A DNA stretch of 49,112 bases, taken from Welwitschia mirabilis. Lineage: Eukaryota. Positions 1 through 12,500 of the stretch are shown in pieces. Every line of letters begins with the position of its first letter. Position 1 is the first letter of the stretch. Under the pieces are notes generated by a model. That model searched no databases. It saw only the letters and a list, made by a program, of their open reading frames with translations, and was not told the origin of the DNA. The translations under genes and the position numbers were made by a program. The stretch spans positions 13,797,803-13,846,914 of the forward strand of contig JBOZIK010000001.1 in assembly GCA_051453625.1 (NCBI GenBank), given 5' to 3'.

Positions 1-1640
1 AAAAAACTGAAACCAAAAGAGAACATGAACCAACTAGCATCATTAAGGACTTCACATCTACTTTAGAGAAATACACTTAGATGATCCTAGATGCTAAAGT
101 GGTAACTGAGAGAAGTCAATTTATTAGTCCAACTTGTGATCTATGTAAAGATAGTTATCACATCATAAAAGATTGTCCTTTACTTCCCACTTGTAAAGAA
201 AGAATTTATGAAGAAGTACGTGCATTGAACCAAGGACCGTTCAACTACAATAAAAAATACAATCAAAGATAAGTCCCAAATCACAACTTCCAAAATAGGA
301 TGAATGAATAAACTAGCAATTTTCAATCACATTATTCTAACTCCCAACCCTATCGAAACAGATATGAACATCAAAATTTCCAATCTAACTACTCTTCCAA
401 CTCCTAGAACCATAATGATCCTCTTAGGAATTCTATCGAGGAGTTGAGAAAAAGTCAAGAAAGGACCAATGAAAACATAGAGAATATCATGAACATTTTA
501 TAACAAGCTATGCTTTCAAATCAAAGACCACAAGGGACCCTTGTCACTCAACCTTTACTGAATCATAACGAAATACGAAAAGATCATAAGGTAGTGACAA
601 GAAGTGGAACCAATACAACTCCACCTACTTGTGAGGCTTCAACTTCCCACAATAATAAAAATGATGATCAAGAGGACATAGAAATTTTAGAAAATCATTC
701 TTTTCTTCCTCCACTTAGCAATAAAAAGAAAAATTCATAATAAAAGAAACCTGTTACTCCATGGCTTAATAGGCTTAATGAAAACACTGTCTTTGACAAT
801 CACTTGAAATACTTGATGAAAGATGTAATTATTAATTTATCCTTCTAGAAAGTTTTGCAAGAAAACCCAAAATACTTTAAGCTATGAAAAGACTTAATCA
901 GAAGGAAGCAAAAATGAGTCATTCCTAGTAAAGTCTTCCTAGCTCAATCTATTAGCAACTTAGTTTCCCATAAGTGTTCAAAATTTAAAGATCCAGGGGT
1001 AGCAACAGTTAGTGTCACATTAGAAGGGAACTAAAGAATTAAGAAAGCCTTGATTGACATAGGAGCTAGTGTTAACATCATGCCCTTACACATTTGTAAA
1101 CATTTAGAATTGGAAGAGATAATAGAACCTACAAACATTATCTTGGAGTTAGCTGATTCATCTGTTAAGAAACCCTTAGGAGTGATAAAGGACTTGATCA
1201 TTCAGATAGAGAAAGCTTTCTACCCCATAGATGTAGTTGTTTTAAAAGTTGAGAATCAAAATACATATCCCCTACTTCTAGGTAGAGCTNNNNNNNNNNN
1301 NNNNNNNNNNNNNNNNNNNNNNNNNNNNNNNNNNNNNNNNNNNNNNNNNNNNNNNNNNNNNNNNNNNNNNNNNNNNNNNNNNNNNNNNNTTATTTTAGAA
1401 GTTGAGAATCAAAATACATATCCCCTACTTCTAGGTAGATTTTTCTGCGTAACCATCCATTGCATCATAGATACTAAAACTAGATTGATGAAATTTCAGT
1501 TTGGAAACAAACAATTTTTAATACGAGTCTTTGATACAGTAGAAAAATATTTAGTCAAAACTTTAGATTTGGAGGAAGATCTAAAACCTAGCCTATCTTT
1601 ACAAACCACTTCAAACCTAAAGAAAATCATAAAAGAATAA
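1..1640 (+). mobile_element. Athila-type Ty3/gypsy gag-aspartic protease pseudogene (stops and frameshifts; 5' end lies outside the window)
   Basis: Zinc knuckle C-x2-C-x4-H-x4-C (CDLCKDSYHIIKDC) in ORF 81-272. Linker motifs QGTLVTQP and VVTRSG in ORF 510-740. KFKDPG..TVSV and ALIDIGASVNIMP...LELADSSVKKPLGVIKDLIIQI...YPIDVVVL...PLLLGR match the Athila protease pattern (ALxDLGASVNL/LADRS/PIILGRPFL). No RT is seen after the protease. Confidence 0.88.
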
Positions 1641-2672
1641 GTTATGCAAATAATGAGTGGAAAATGGTATGTACACATAGAAAACAATTGAAATGACATG
1701 AGGAATTTTAGACATAANNNNNNNNNNNNNNNNNNNNNNNNNNNNNNNNNNNNNNNNNNNNNNNNNNNNNNNNNNNNNNNNNNNNNNNNNNNNNNNNNNN
1801 NNNNNNNNNNNNNNNNNNNNNNNNNNNNNNNNNNNNNNNNNNNNNNNNNNNNNNNNNNNNNNNNNNNNNNNNNNNNNNNNNNNNNNNNNNNNNNNNNNNN
1901 NNNNNNNNNNNNNNNNNNNNNNNNNNNNNNNNNNNNNNNNNNNNNNNNNNNNNNNNNNNNNNNNNNNNNNNNNNNNNNNNNNNNNNNNNNNNNNNNNNTT
2001 TTATTTTACTTATTCACTTTAGTCTTCTTAAGTGTGTGATCCTATGGTAATTATTCTTTTTGTTAAAAAAGAAAGAAAGAAAAATGAAAAGCATGATGTC
2101 CTACCGCAAGTACACCAGGGCAAATATTTCTGTGAGGAGCCTTTGGCAGTGTAATATGGTAGCTGTGGGAACTTTACTAGGGGGTCAGTTGGCCATGCTT
2201 CGTGGGTTCTTACTCTTCTAATAGTGGTTGCACTCCCCTCATCATGACAAAAGAAATAAAATATATTCCCACTTGATCATTTCACTTTTGGAGATTTTAG
2301 TAAGTTAGTAGGTAAAAATAGATGAGTTCATTTCTAAGTATCTTTTGATTTAACCTCCATTGTTCTACACACTTAAAACCTTAAATATCACCATAACCAC
2401 TGCCCTTTCGAATGAACTTTATTGAGTTAATACATTTTGTCATACATCTTTACTCGGGTAATGTTATGATGTCTTGTTTTGGAGTTTGCTACGTTAGTAC
2501 TTAGACTAGGTAAACACTCTTCTTCTTATTCTTTACGTCTATCTCTAATCTGCTTTTTCTTCTGTTTTCATGTCTACCATTTTCTAGTGATTTTTCCATT
2601 CTTTTCTTTTCTAATTTAGTAGTTTAGAAGTTTTTCATTCCATTACTTTTTGCATTTTTTTTCATTAGTTTA

Positions 2673-2714
2673 GGCAATTCGGGACGTATTGCACATTTTA
2701 AGTGGGGGGTAGGA
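2673..2714 (+). promoter_or_regulatory. Athila-type internal polypurine-tract signature
   Basis: gcaattcgggacgtattgcacattttaagtggggggtagga resembles the Athila (c)attgaggacaatg...ttaagtttgggg motif; a second copy lies at about 3551-3592 across the gap. Confidence 0.6.
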
Positions 2715-2982
2715 TACATATATATTGCATATTTCTGATCCAATTTTTTTGATCATGATAAATCATTATTGCAAAACCTCCTTAAGTTTTACATGATTAT
2801 ATTGAACTATCTATCTAAGGTAGTGGACCCAATTTTTTTCTCAAATCCAACTTGATTATCCCCCTTTATAAAATATTATGGAGTCCTCCCTTCCTTATTC
2901 CCATCTGTCTACTTATCTCTCTTAGCTCTGGTTGTTTTCTTTTATTTTCTCTATCTTTAGAAAGTTCAATACTCTATTAAAA

Positions 2983-5092
2983 TGATAGAGGATCCCTCCA
3001 GAAGAGCTCATTAGAAGAAACTAGTAAGTAAAAATCTAGGATATTTTTACTTTAGGATGTTAGATAAAGTCATGGACAAGTTTAAAAAGAAGTTTAAAAA
3101 TAAGCCTCTTTGTCAAAAGAGGCTAGTATCTTTAGGGGAACTTAGAGAGTCTAGGGATGTGTTAATACTTCTAAATGATCTAGATCTTTCTTACTTTTTT
3201 GAGAGTTATGTGTTACCCTACTTCGTTTTTATCCAAATGGTCTATTATNNNNNNNNNNNNNNNNNNNNNNNNNNNNNNNNNNNNNNNNNNNNNNNNNNNN
3301 NNNNNNNNNNNNNNNNNNNNNNNNNNNNNNNNNNNNNNNNNNNNNNNNNNNNNNNNNNNNNNNNNNNNNNNNNNNNNNNNNNNNNNNNNNNNNNNNNNNN
3401 NNNNNNNNNNNNNNNNNNNNNNNNNNNNNNNNNNNNNNNNNNNNNNNNNNNNNNNNNNNNNNNNNNNNNNNNNNNNNNNNNNNNNNNNNNNNNNNNNNNN
3501 NNNNNNNNNNNNNNNNNNTACTTTTTGCATTTTTTGTTTTCGTTAGTTTAGGCAATTCAGGACGTATTGCACATTGTAAATGGGGGGTAGGATACATATA
3601 TATTGCATATTTCTGATCCAATTTTTTTGATCATGATAAATCATTATTGTAAAACCTCCTTAATTGACCCATTTTTTTCCTCAAATCCAACTTGATTATC
3701 CCCCTTTATAAAATATTATGGAGTCCTCCCTTCCTTATTCCCATATGTCTACTTATCTCTCTTAGCTCTAGTTGTTTTCTTTTATTTTCTCTATCTTTAT
3801 AAAATTCAATACTCTATCAAAATGATAGAGGATCCCTCCATTAGAGCTCATTAGAAGAAACCAATAAGTAAAAATCTAGGATATTTTTACTTTAGGATGT
3901 TAGATAAAGCCATGAACAAGTTCAAAAAGAAGTTTAAAAAGAATCCTCTTTGTCAAAAGAGGCTAGTATCTTTAGGGGAACTTAGAGAGTTTAGGGATGT
4001 GTTAAGACTTCTAAATGATTTAGATCTTTCTTACTTTTTTGAGATTTATGTGTTAGCCTACTTCATTTTTATCTAAATGTTCTATTATAATGCTTTATTT
4101 GATGCATATTTCTCTACCCTTATGAATCTTATTTTGGAGAGGAGAATTCAAGTTACTATAGATCTGATATCCTCCCTCATAAATATTTCTATAGAAGACT
4201 ATAAGGAGTTTTTTTCCTTTATGCCACTCCATGGAGGATAAGGTGGAGGTCATCAGGGAACTCTGTGAAAAGGTCCTTCAATGGAATACCCTCAAATATT
4301 ATTGTCTTCATTTAGTTTTTTACTTACAATTTTTTACCTTTTACTGGTTATTGTGATGAGACCCAAAANNNNNNNNNNNNNNNNNNNNNNNNNNNNNNNN
4401 NNNNNNNNNNNNNNNNNNNNNNNNNNNNNNNNNNNNNNNNNNNNNNNNNNNNNNNNNNNNNNNNNNNNNNNNNNNNNNNNNNNNNNNCTATCCTGATTGC
4501 TAATATCTATTGTTATTTTAGAGTCCAAATACATTTCAAACTTGAAAAGTTAACTCTTATGTCTTCCATTGGGCATGCTATTCTATCCCACATGCATATT
4601 TTCTCTAAATTCAATAAATCTTTTAAGTCTTTTTCTTCAAAGTAGACCTCCCCTAAAGAAACTCTATCATACCTCAAGACACTAGATTATCATAATCAAC
4701 ATATGAAAAAGGTACTTATTACAGTAAGGTATAAGATTATAGACACTTTTAAGAAAGTCAGTAGCTCTATTTAAAAGGAATAAAAGAAGAAGAAGAAGAA
4801 GATGACTTAGATTTTGAAGAAGAATCTGAGAAGAAGGAACAANNNNNNNNNNNNNNNNNNNNNNNNNNNNNNNNNNNNNNNNNNNNNNNNNNNNNNNNNN
4901 NNNNNNNNNNNNNNNNNNNNNNNNNNNNNNNNNNNNNNNNNNAAGGTACTTATTACAGTAAGGTATAGGATAATAGATACTTTTAAGGAAGTCGGTAGCT
5001 CTATTTAAAAGGCAATAAAAGAAGAAGAAGAAGAAGATGACTTAGATTTTGAAGAAGAATCTGAGAATAATGAAGAAGAAGAATCAAATTAA
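2983..5092 (+). pseudogene. Degenerate env-like/extra ORF of a SIRE-type copia element (partly duplicated across assembly gaps)
   Basis: Translation RLVSLGELRE.RDVL.LLNDLDLSYFFE.YVL.YF.FI.MFYYN resembles plant retrotransposon extra-ORF proteins. The acidic C-terminus EEEEEDDLDFEEESE is followed by SIRE-type multiple PPTs. Confidence 0.55.
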
Positions 5093-5166
5093 TTGTTACT
5101 ATCTCTATTGTCTTTTTATTATTCTAGTTTTCTCTTATTACTTTCCTTTTTCTCTCCTTTATTATT

Positions 5167-5962
5167 AATATCAAAAGAGGGAGAAATAGTTACTATAAAA
5201 TTAGTTATTATTAGTTATTTAGTTATTATTAGTTATTTTCTCATGAGTATCTTTTAGTTGTACTATTCAAGATTGATTAATAAAAATGCATTCTATATTA
5301 TTTGTCTTATCTATTAATGTGTATTATATTTCTCATGAACTATGCTTTTAATTTTTTATATATATAGCTCTATTTGAAAAACCTTTATGAATGCTTAATT
5401 TGGATAAATATGGTCAACAATTTTTCATAAATCTAAATGACCATTTTCTAAGGGAGAGCTTTCANNNNNNNNNNNNNNNNNNNNNNNNNNNNNNNNNNNN
5501 NNNNNNNNNNNNNNNNNNNNNNNNNNNNNNNNNNNNNNNNNNNNNNNNNNNNNNNNNNNNNNNNTAGTTTTCTCTTATTACTTTCCTTTTTCTCTTCTTT
5601 ATTATTGATATCAAAAAAGGGAGAAATATTTACTATAATATTAGTTATTATCAGTTATTTAGTTATTATTAGTTGTTATTGTTAGTTGTTTTATCATGAG
5701 TATCTTTTAGTTGTACTATTCAAGATTGATTAATAAAAATGCATTCTGTATCATTTATCTATTAATGTGTATTATATTCTCATGAATTGTGCTTTCAATT
5801 TTTTATATATATAGATCTATTTGGAAAACCTTTATGAATGCTTAATTTGGATAATATGGTCAACAATTTTTCATAAATCTAAATGATCATTTTCTAAGGG
5901 AGAGCTTTCAGATTAATATTTTCAAATAAGTATAGTTTTCCATCAATGTTAAAGAGAATGAT
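5167..5962 (+). mobile_element. SIRE-type pre-LTR region with multiple PPT signatures
   Basis: atatcaaaagagggagaaat, ttttctaagggagagc and catcaatgttaaagagaatgat|TGTT are decayed versions of the SIRE multi-PPT pattern (aaaaagggggagaa ... agggggag ... aaagggggagat|TGTT). Confidence 0.65.
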
Positions 5963-7219
5963 TGTTAAGTTATAATTTTGTGAAGTTGATGTCAAACTAA
6001 CATTTTTTAATATAGTAAAATATGTTGTATTTATTTTAGAAAATATTAGTCCTTATATATTAAAAACCNNNNNNNNNNNNNNNNNNNNNNNNNNNNNNNN
6101 NNNNNNNNNNNNNNNNNNNNNNNNNNNNNNNNNNNNNNNNNNNNNNNNNNNNNNNNNNNNNNNNNNNNTTCCATCAATGTTAAAGGGAATGATTATTAAG
6201 TTATAATTTTGTGAAGTTGATGTCAAACTAACTTTTTTTAATATAGTAAAATATGTTTTATTTCTTGTAGAACATGTTAATCCTTATATATTAGAAGTAA
6301 CAAGCATTTCTTACTAGCTATCTTAAACTTGACAAGTTATAAAACCTTAAAGGGGTCAACCACATTCCTAATGCATCGATTGCACCTAGGCTAAAATGTT
6401 TCAACTATTTTTCATATGGATTTGGCTAAACTAAAATATTATTAGCCGAACCTAGACATATGCAGTTGACTAGACTCCTAATTGGGTTAATTAGAGTTGA
6501 AGACATGAAAAAATTAGGTTGATCAAAACAAGATGGGATCGACTAACTTTAGTAACAACACTCAATGGGGTTAATTAAATATTTTAAGTGGTTAACTGAT
6601 CATCATGGAAATGGAATTTTATAGACTATTTTCTAGTCATTACCTTCCTATTTTTATCCATTGGAATATTAGATCTACTTGTAAAACCCTAAAATCTATC
6701 TCCTATATAAACCTTAGTCATCAAAATTATGAGAATCTTTTTACCTAACCAAAAAAATTAAAAAGTCATTATTAATACTCTGGTTAATTAGTTTGCATAA
6801 TATATGCTTGGATTTGTGACAATATTTTCAAATAGTGTAGTACTATCTTTGCTATACTTTAGATCTATTGAATCCTGTGCATTATGGTACATTCTAAAGG
6901 TTGAGATTGAGCCTTTAAAAGTCTGATTGTAAAAGGTTATAGGTAAACTTGAAAAATCTAAAAAGTAAGAAACAAGGATCTAGATCAGTCTTATGTATAA
7001 GCTGATTTCTAAGAGTGGAGTAGGAAATTTCCTAAACCACTATAAACTATGTTTTTGATAAATCTCCATTGGTATTTTTTGGTTTTAGTTAGTTTTATTT
7101 TATATCTTTTAATTATTTTATATGCACAAATATTTTTTAGTATTTAATACTTTATGAAGATATATATTTTTTTTTTTAAAAAAATCCTATTCACCTCCTC
7201 CAGGGTTCTATATCTAACA
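5963..7219 (+). mobile_element. 3' LTR of a SIRE/Maximus-type Ty1/copia element
   Basis: Starts TGTTAAG after the PPT and ends cctattcacctcctccagggttctatatctaaCA (SIRE-type cctattcaccccc end). TATA-like ctatataaa at about 6703; gagtggagtagg...aaccactataaa block at about 7013-7045. The first ~100 bp are duplicated across the gap at 6069-6168. Confidence 0.72.
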
Positions 7220-7229
7220 AATTTGATTT

Positions 7230-8640
7230 TAAGATTCTATAAATATTCTAAGAGTATTTTTTAAAGAATGTGATGAAGAGTGTTAAATATTGAAAGATGA
7301 GGGTTAATGATTAGAAGATGATAATAAGAGATATTGATTGTAAGATTAACTTGTAAAGGCTAGATTAGGATTGTTTTATTTTCATAAAAACATTTAATTG
7401 ATTTCTTCATCTAGAATTACATGTATTAGAGTAAGAGATTTTTAATCCTAGGTTTTTCATTGTTGTCCTATGATCTTTACTTGCTTCTTCACTATATCTT
7501 AGAACATGAGAATCAATGAGTATTCCAAGCTTTCATGGGTATCTACATAAAAGATGAAATAATTAATTTAATGAATGATATTCTTAAAAGGGGTTTCAAG
7601 AAATTTAATCTTCTTTAAAAGTTCATATAATTAGTTACTAACCTTAGAGTTGTTAGAAAGGAAAAATATGCTAATATACTTAATAGAATAATGTGATCTA
7701 TATGGTTCAGTTAGCTTCTTCTAATTTTTAAAACTCTTAGAGATGGTCTCTAAGAAATTTCATGCTCTATCTATTTCTATGTCTAAGAAAATTCCTTATA
7801 CATCATTTTTATACATTATCTATGGTTCAAGAAAAAGTCATCATAAAAGAAATTCATAACTTTGTCCTACTCAAAATCATATTAGAAATACTTAAGTAGT
7901 AAATATTTAAAACATTCTAGGCCTTGAAAAAAATTTCATTATCTTTTTATTGAAAATTCATGACTTCTCTTTTAAGAATTATTTTTAATTATTAAAAAAT
8001 AAAAAATAAAAAGAGGATTTATAAAATAGGATTAATATGAGGACATCTGATATGATTGGATTTTGAGGGATAGTGGACAAGACACATTCAAACTTTTTAA
8101 GATGTGAATAGAAATGTTTAGACTCTAAACCATGAAAATGTGGTAATAGTTAAATGATAACTAGTTTGAAATAAATTCTATGAGCATTTAAAGGTTAAAC
8201 TATATAGGATGGGATTTCCTAGAATTAAGGCTAAAGGTAATCTTTAGGATCTACCTTAGTATTTAAATGTTAGAGTGCTTTTTAAGAAACTTAGATTGAA
8301 AGTGTGACTATTTGTTTTGGTATATATGAAAGTTTTGGTCAAATATTTCTAATCAATAGCATCTAGAAAACAACCTACCTTCATGATCTAATTTTACGTT
8401 CATGTTATTATTTGAGTGGATATAATGAAATTATTTATCAAGTCTATGCTGCTAGTTCACCAAACATTTTCATAAAGTAGGGCTTACCAACATCAACAAA
8501 TGTTTTAAAAGGATCTAAGATAAAATTCTATGTAGTTTGAAGGTTAGACTTAAAGAAAGAATAATAGCATTAGTGAGGAAAGGTAGTGGCATTAGTAGTT
8601 TTATGAAAAATAGATTGCAAAAAGGGTGAAAGATCTATTT
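7230..8640 (+). mobile_element. Highly degenerate retrotransposon internal relic, possibly a copia gag/protease region
   Basis: Only weak motif traces, e.g. gatagtggacaagacacatt resembling DSG.S.H at about 8069-8090; no continuous frame. Confidence 0.25.
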
Positions 8641-8670
8641 CAACTAGGGAGAGAAATTAGAATTATTAGT

Positions 8671-9170
8671 AAAAATTTTTGGACTTAAAAAATTTTTAGA
8701 CTTAAAAAATTCTGGACTTAGAAAATTTTTAAACTTAAAAAATTTCTTGACTTAAAAAATTTTTAGGGCTTAAAAAATTTTTTGGACTTAAAAATTTTTA
8801 GAACTTAAAAAATTTTAGAAATTATAAATTCTATGGACTTAAAAATTTTTAGGACTTAAAAAATTTGAAAACTTAAAAGTTTAAAAAGTTTTAGGACTTA
8901 AAAAAATTTAGGACTCAAAAAAATTTTGGACTTAACAAAATTTTAGGACTTAAAAAATTCTAAGACTTAAAAAATTTTTAGACTTAAAAAGTTATTAGAC
9001 TTAAAAAATTTTTTGACTTAAGAAATTTAAAATAATTTTGAACTTAAAAAAAATTTTGGACTCAAAAACTTTTAACTTAAAAAATTAAATTTTTTTAACT
9101 TAAACAAATTTTGGACTTAAAAAATATATAAAACTTTTGGACTTAAAAATTTTTTAGGAATTAAAAACTT
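8671..9170. repeat. Minisatellite of ~19-20 bp (consensus about TTTTTAGGACTTAAAAAA), roughly 25 copies, at the 3' end of the PLE
   Basis: Directly visible repeats of ggacttaaaaaa(a)tttt(t)a; one monomer also starts the other pLTR copy at about 13467. Confidence 0.95.
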
Positions 9171-9500
9171 TACAAGGGTCTCACACTATAGTGAAGACAT
9201 AATGAAAAACATAATACTAAAGAGAAAAAAAGAAATCCAAGAAAAGAAACAAAAGATAGCACAAAGCACTTTCAAGGAGTTACACCCCTCATTAGTGTAC
9301 TTTTGAATTTCTAATTTTTAAATCTTTGAATACATGAAGAAGATCACTTCTTTAAATAGGAGAGGTTACCCTAACTATGTGTGGACAAAGGGACTCAAAG
9401 AAAGAGTAGGAAAAAATTACATTTTAAATTTTAAATTCACATCTTAGGAAATAATAAATGAAAAGAAAAGAAAATAAGTAACACCCTATGGAACAGATAG
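9152..9500 (-). repeat. 3' pseudo-LTR of the PLE
   Basis: Aligns by eye with 13467-14107 (tttacaag..ctatagtgaag..aaacataatact..agatagcacaaagca.tttcaaggagttacacccctcattag..ttttgaatttctaattt..tttaaatag..aaataagtaa..ccc.atg). Confidence 0.85.
9258..9301 (-). ncRNA. Decayed minimal type I hammerhead ribozyme (copy in the 3' pLTR)
   Basis: Minus strand reads AGTACA-CTAATGA-GGGGTGTAACTCCTT-GAAA-GTGC-T-T-TGTGCT. Stem I is AGTACA/TGTGCT (6 bp with one GU). The core CUGAUGA carries a G>A change, followed by stem II, GAAA and a near-palindromic minimal stem III A-G(C>T)GC-T. Confidence 0.75.
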
Positions 9501-9565
9501 AAAGCATGGGGATGGGAAAAATAGAATCTTCTAACTACTCTGATTAATCTAGAATCTTTATGGAA

Positions 9566-12500
9566 TTAGTTACATGTAAAAAGTTTTCCAAGTTTAGGAG
9601 GATTACACTAGTAAATTATTGGATTTGAAATAACTGGGCTCAGCATGAGATCTTTTTGATGAAGTCTGGAGAGTATAGGATCTAGGATTGCCTTCATGTT
9701 ACAAGATTTTGTTAAAGGATTAAAATCCATTTTGAAAATAAAGGTATCTCTTTCTTCTTCTCAATGCTTTCACATATGCTATGGAGAAGAGCTATTTTAT
9801 TAAATACATAAACTTTACTAAAGTAATGTAAAAGAAACTTGAAAGGATAGCCATGGGTGCAAAGGTAAAGATACACATTACACTTAAGTTTGGAGTAGTC
9901 TTGAAAGTTGGACTCCTACATCATGTATCTGCAAAGATATAAAATAATAAAAGCCTTTTTCTAATGGGCTGAATGCCAAGAGGAGAAGGGGATGTATTGA
10001 TAGGCATTCAAAGGTTTTTAATAGCACTTGATGGACAAAATTCCTATAGAATCAAATGTAAGATCTTTGAATAAAACAACATAAAACATATTAATAGATT
10101 CTTGGGACATTGTAGAAGTAATGTAAATGATGGGGTACATAGAATTATAGTTCTCCAGAAATATTAGTAAGGAACATAAAAGACCAGTTCAAATACCAAA
10201 GCTATTATCAATATAACACTTGTAGTAGAAACGAAAATTTCTGTTCATACTAGAGAAAAGATGTTTTTCTAGATGAAAGAGGAATAAAAGAACATGCATT
10301 ACTATAAAATCACTACCTAGAGCAGTACCATGAACTTATTTGAACAAATTGCCATCAAAATCTAGATAATATTCTCTAAGGATAAGAGAAGATAAAGAAA
10401 TAATGGCATCTAATAAAACTCCTAATTAGAATAATGATGCAACATAAAATACTCTTCAACCATAGATTTAAGAGTAGAAAGATCTACTTTAGTGGAAATA
10501 CTAGGATACAAGGATTTCACATTGAAGGTAAAGAAGAATCCATCTTGTGGAATGGATAAAAACTTAGATTCCTAATGAGAGAAACTAAGTCTATGATATG
10601 GATGAGCTGGCAAAATAGGATGGGGGAGAGTAAGTAGTAAAGAAGAAAAGATGTTAGTTTTAAAATATACACAAAGTAGTTACAGATGGGATGACCAATA
10701 AAACTAGGTTTGTTTATTTTGAGTATAAGGCACATGCATGAGCCTTATTAACTAATACCTAAAGGAGAGCATCTCTAAACTACTAAAGAATAGGAACAAA
10801 TGGTCAAGAAGATGAAGAAGATTAGAATGTAAAATATTTCAAGGGATTTCATCAAATAGATAATAAACATGGGTATTTAAAAGTTGTTTATGAGCTTTTG
10901 TGATATACCATAACATGTCTAGTATAATAATCCAAAGGTTTTTATCTGCTAGTTTAATGATAATAGAGTTATCTCTTTAAATNNNNNNNNNNNNNNNNNN
11001 NNNNNNNNNNNNNNNNNNNNNNNNNNNNNNNNNNNNNNNNNNNNNNNNNNNNNNNNNNNNNNNNNNNNNNNNNNNNNNNNNNCTAGTTTAATGATAATAG
11101 AGTTATCTCTTTAAATTCGTTTTAGGAATTCTAAAAGATAACAAGATAGACAAGGATAATTAATTTCTATAAAAGAACTCAAAGCAGACAAAGTGTATCA
11201 TAACATTGACTAATGTCCTTTCAAGATAAGGGTTGACCTTGCTAGCTGGGGGATTCCAAGAATTAGGAGGTTAAAGCTTCATTGGGGCAATGTCAATAGC
11301 ATGAAGGAATGGATTGAATTTTTTACCTGATCTGGTCTAATGCCAAAGAATGTATGAAGGTAAAGACATATAACAAATGCTTTGAATTCATCCATCATTA
11401 GTTAAGGACTCATAGGAGGGAATCTAGGATGTATTTGAGATCATATCTAAAAATATTTTTCTCTTCATAGTTTAAAGAATGGAAAGAAAGATTATGAATA
11501 TCTAGGTTAAAAATTCTATTTTCCTCTTAAGGGATCTATTTTCTTTCAAAAATGATCATAGAGAAGAGGGAAACAGATGTGGCAAGAATCCAAAAATTTA
11601 TGCTCAGTCAGAGGAAGGATTTATCCATCTAAATAGAGTAGCATTTCCATTGAAGGTATTTGGCTATAAATCATATTAAGTAGTTTGCCATATCTGTTGG
11701 TAAGTTTACCACTTGTCTAAACTACTCATAAGCATTGTAGATGAATGGTTTGAAGGGAGTTCCATTTTGTTTGTAGGAGTTATTCTGGAATGGCCCTTAA
11801 TCATTTAAATCAAAATAGATTTGCTATTTTCATCCATAAGGATTACGACTTTGATTTACTTATGGCTGGTGGTAAGCTTGTGGCTAGAAGCTAGACTAAG
11901 AGGTAGATTTAGAGCATTGATCTTTTTGTATAAATTGAATCCTTCACTAATGTTGTTGTTATTACTACTTTTAGTTGAAGAAATAGGTCTTTGTGACTGA
12001 GGAGATTGAATTTTTTGAAGAACGTTTTGGGTAATTTTGTTAGTTTGAGATTCTATGACCTACTTAATAATTTTTGTAATCGAAGGTTCAACTTTAATCT
12101 AGTTAACTCCTTATTCTGCAGCATTTCTGGCATTACATTAACTGATTTTGCATTTTTTTGGCTTCTTGTTCAAGCTAAAGCTATAAAAAATAATTGCAAC
12201 AATATTCAAAAATCTTAGATTCAAAAGCATTTAGAAGTGATTTTAGATTGACTATAGCTCTAGATAGTTTAGAGTAATTAATTTTGGAAATAGCTTCTTT
12301 GAGTTTCTTAAAATAAGAAACTTTGAAACCATCAAGTTTTGCTTTTAGAGAATCTTCATAAGATGAAGCAATGGTGAAGTAAGCCTACTAAATTTCTAAT
12401 TAGATTTAAACTAAATTTGGGCAAACTCAACATGCATGGCTTTATTAATTTAAGGATACTCAATAGAAAGCTATGGGGATATAACCTATAGGCTATGAAT

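Noticed and set aside
2100-2160. Twister-ribozyme-like start (TTACACTGCC...GCCCTGG...GCGGTAGG) on the minus strand
   Set aside because: Lacks the P4 stem/loop and pseudoknot sequences (GGUCCCAAGCCC pattern); the resemblance is partial only.
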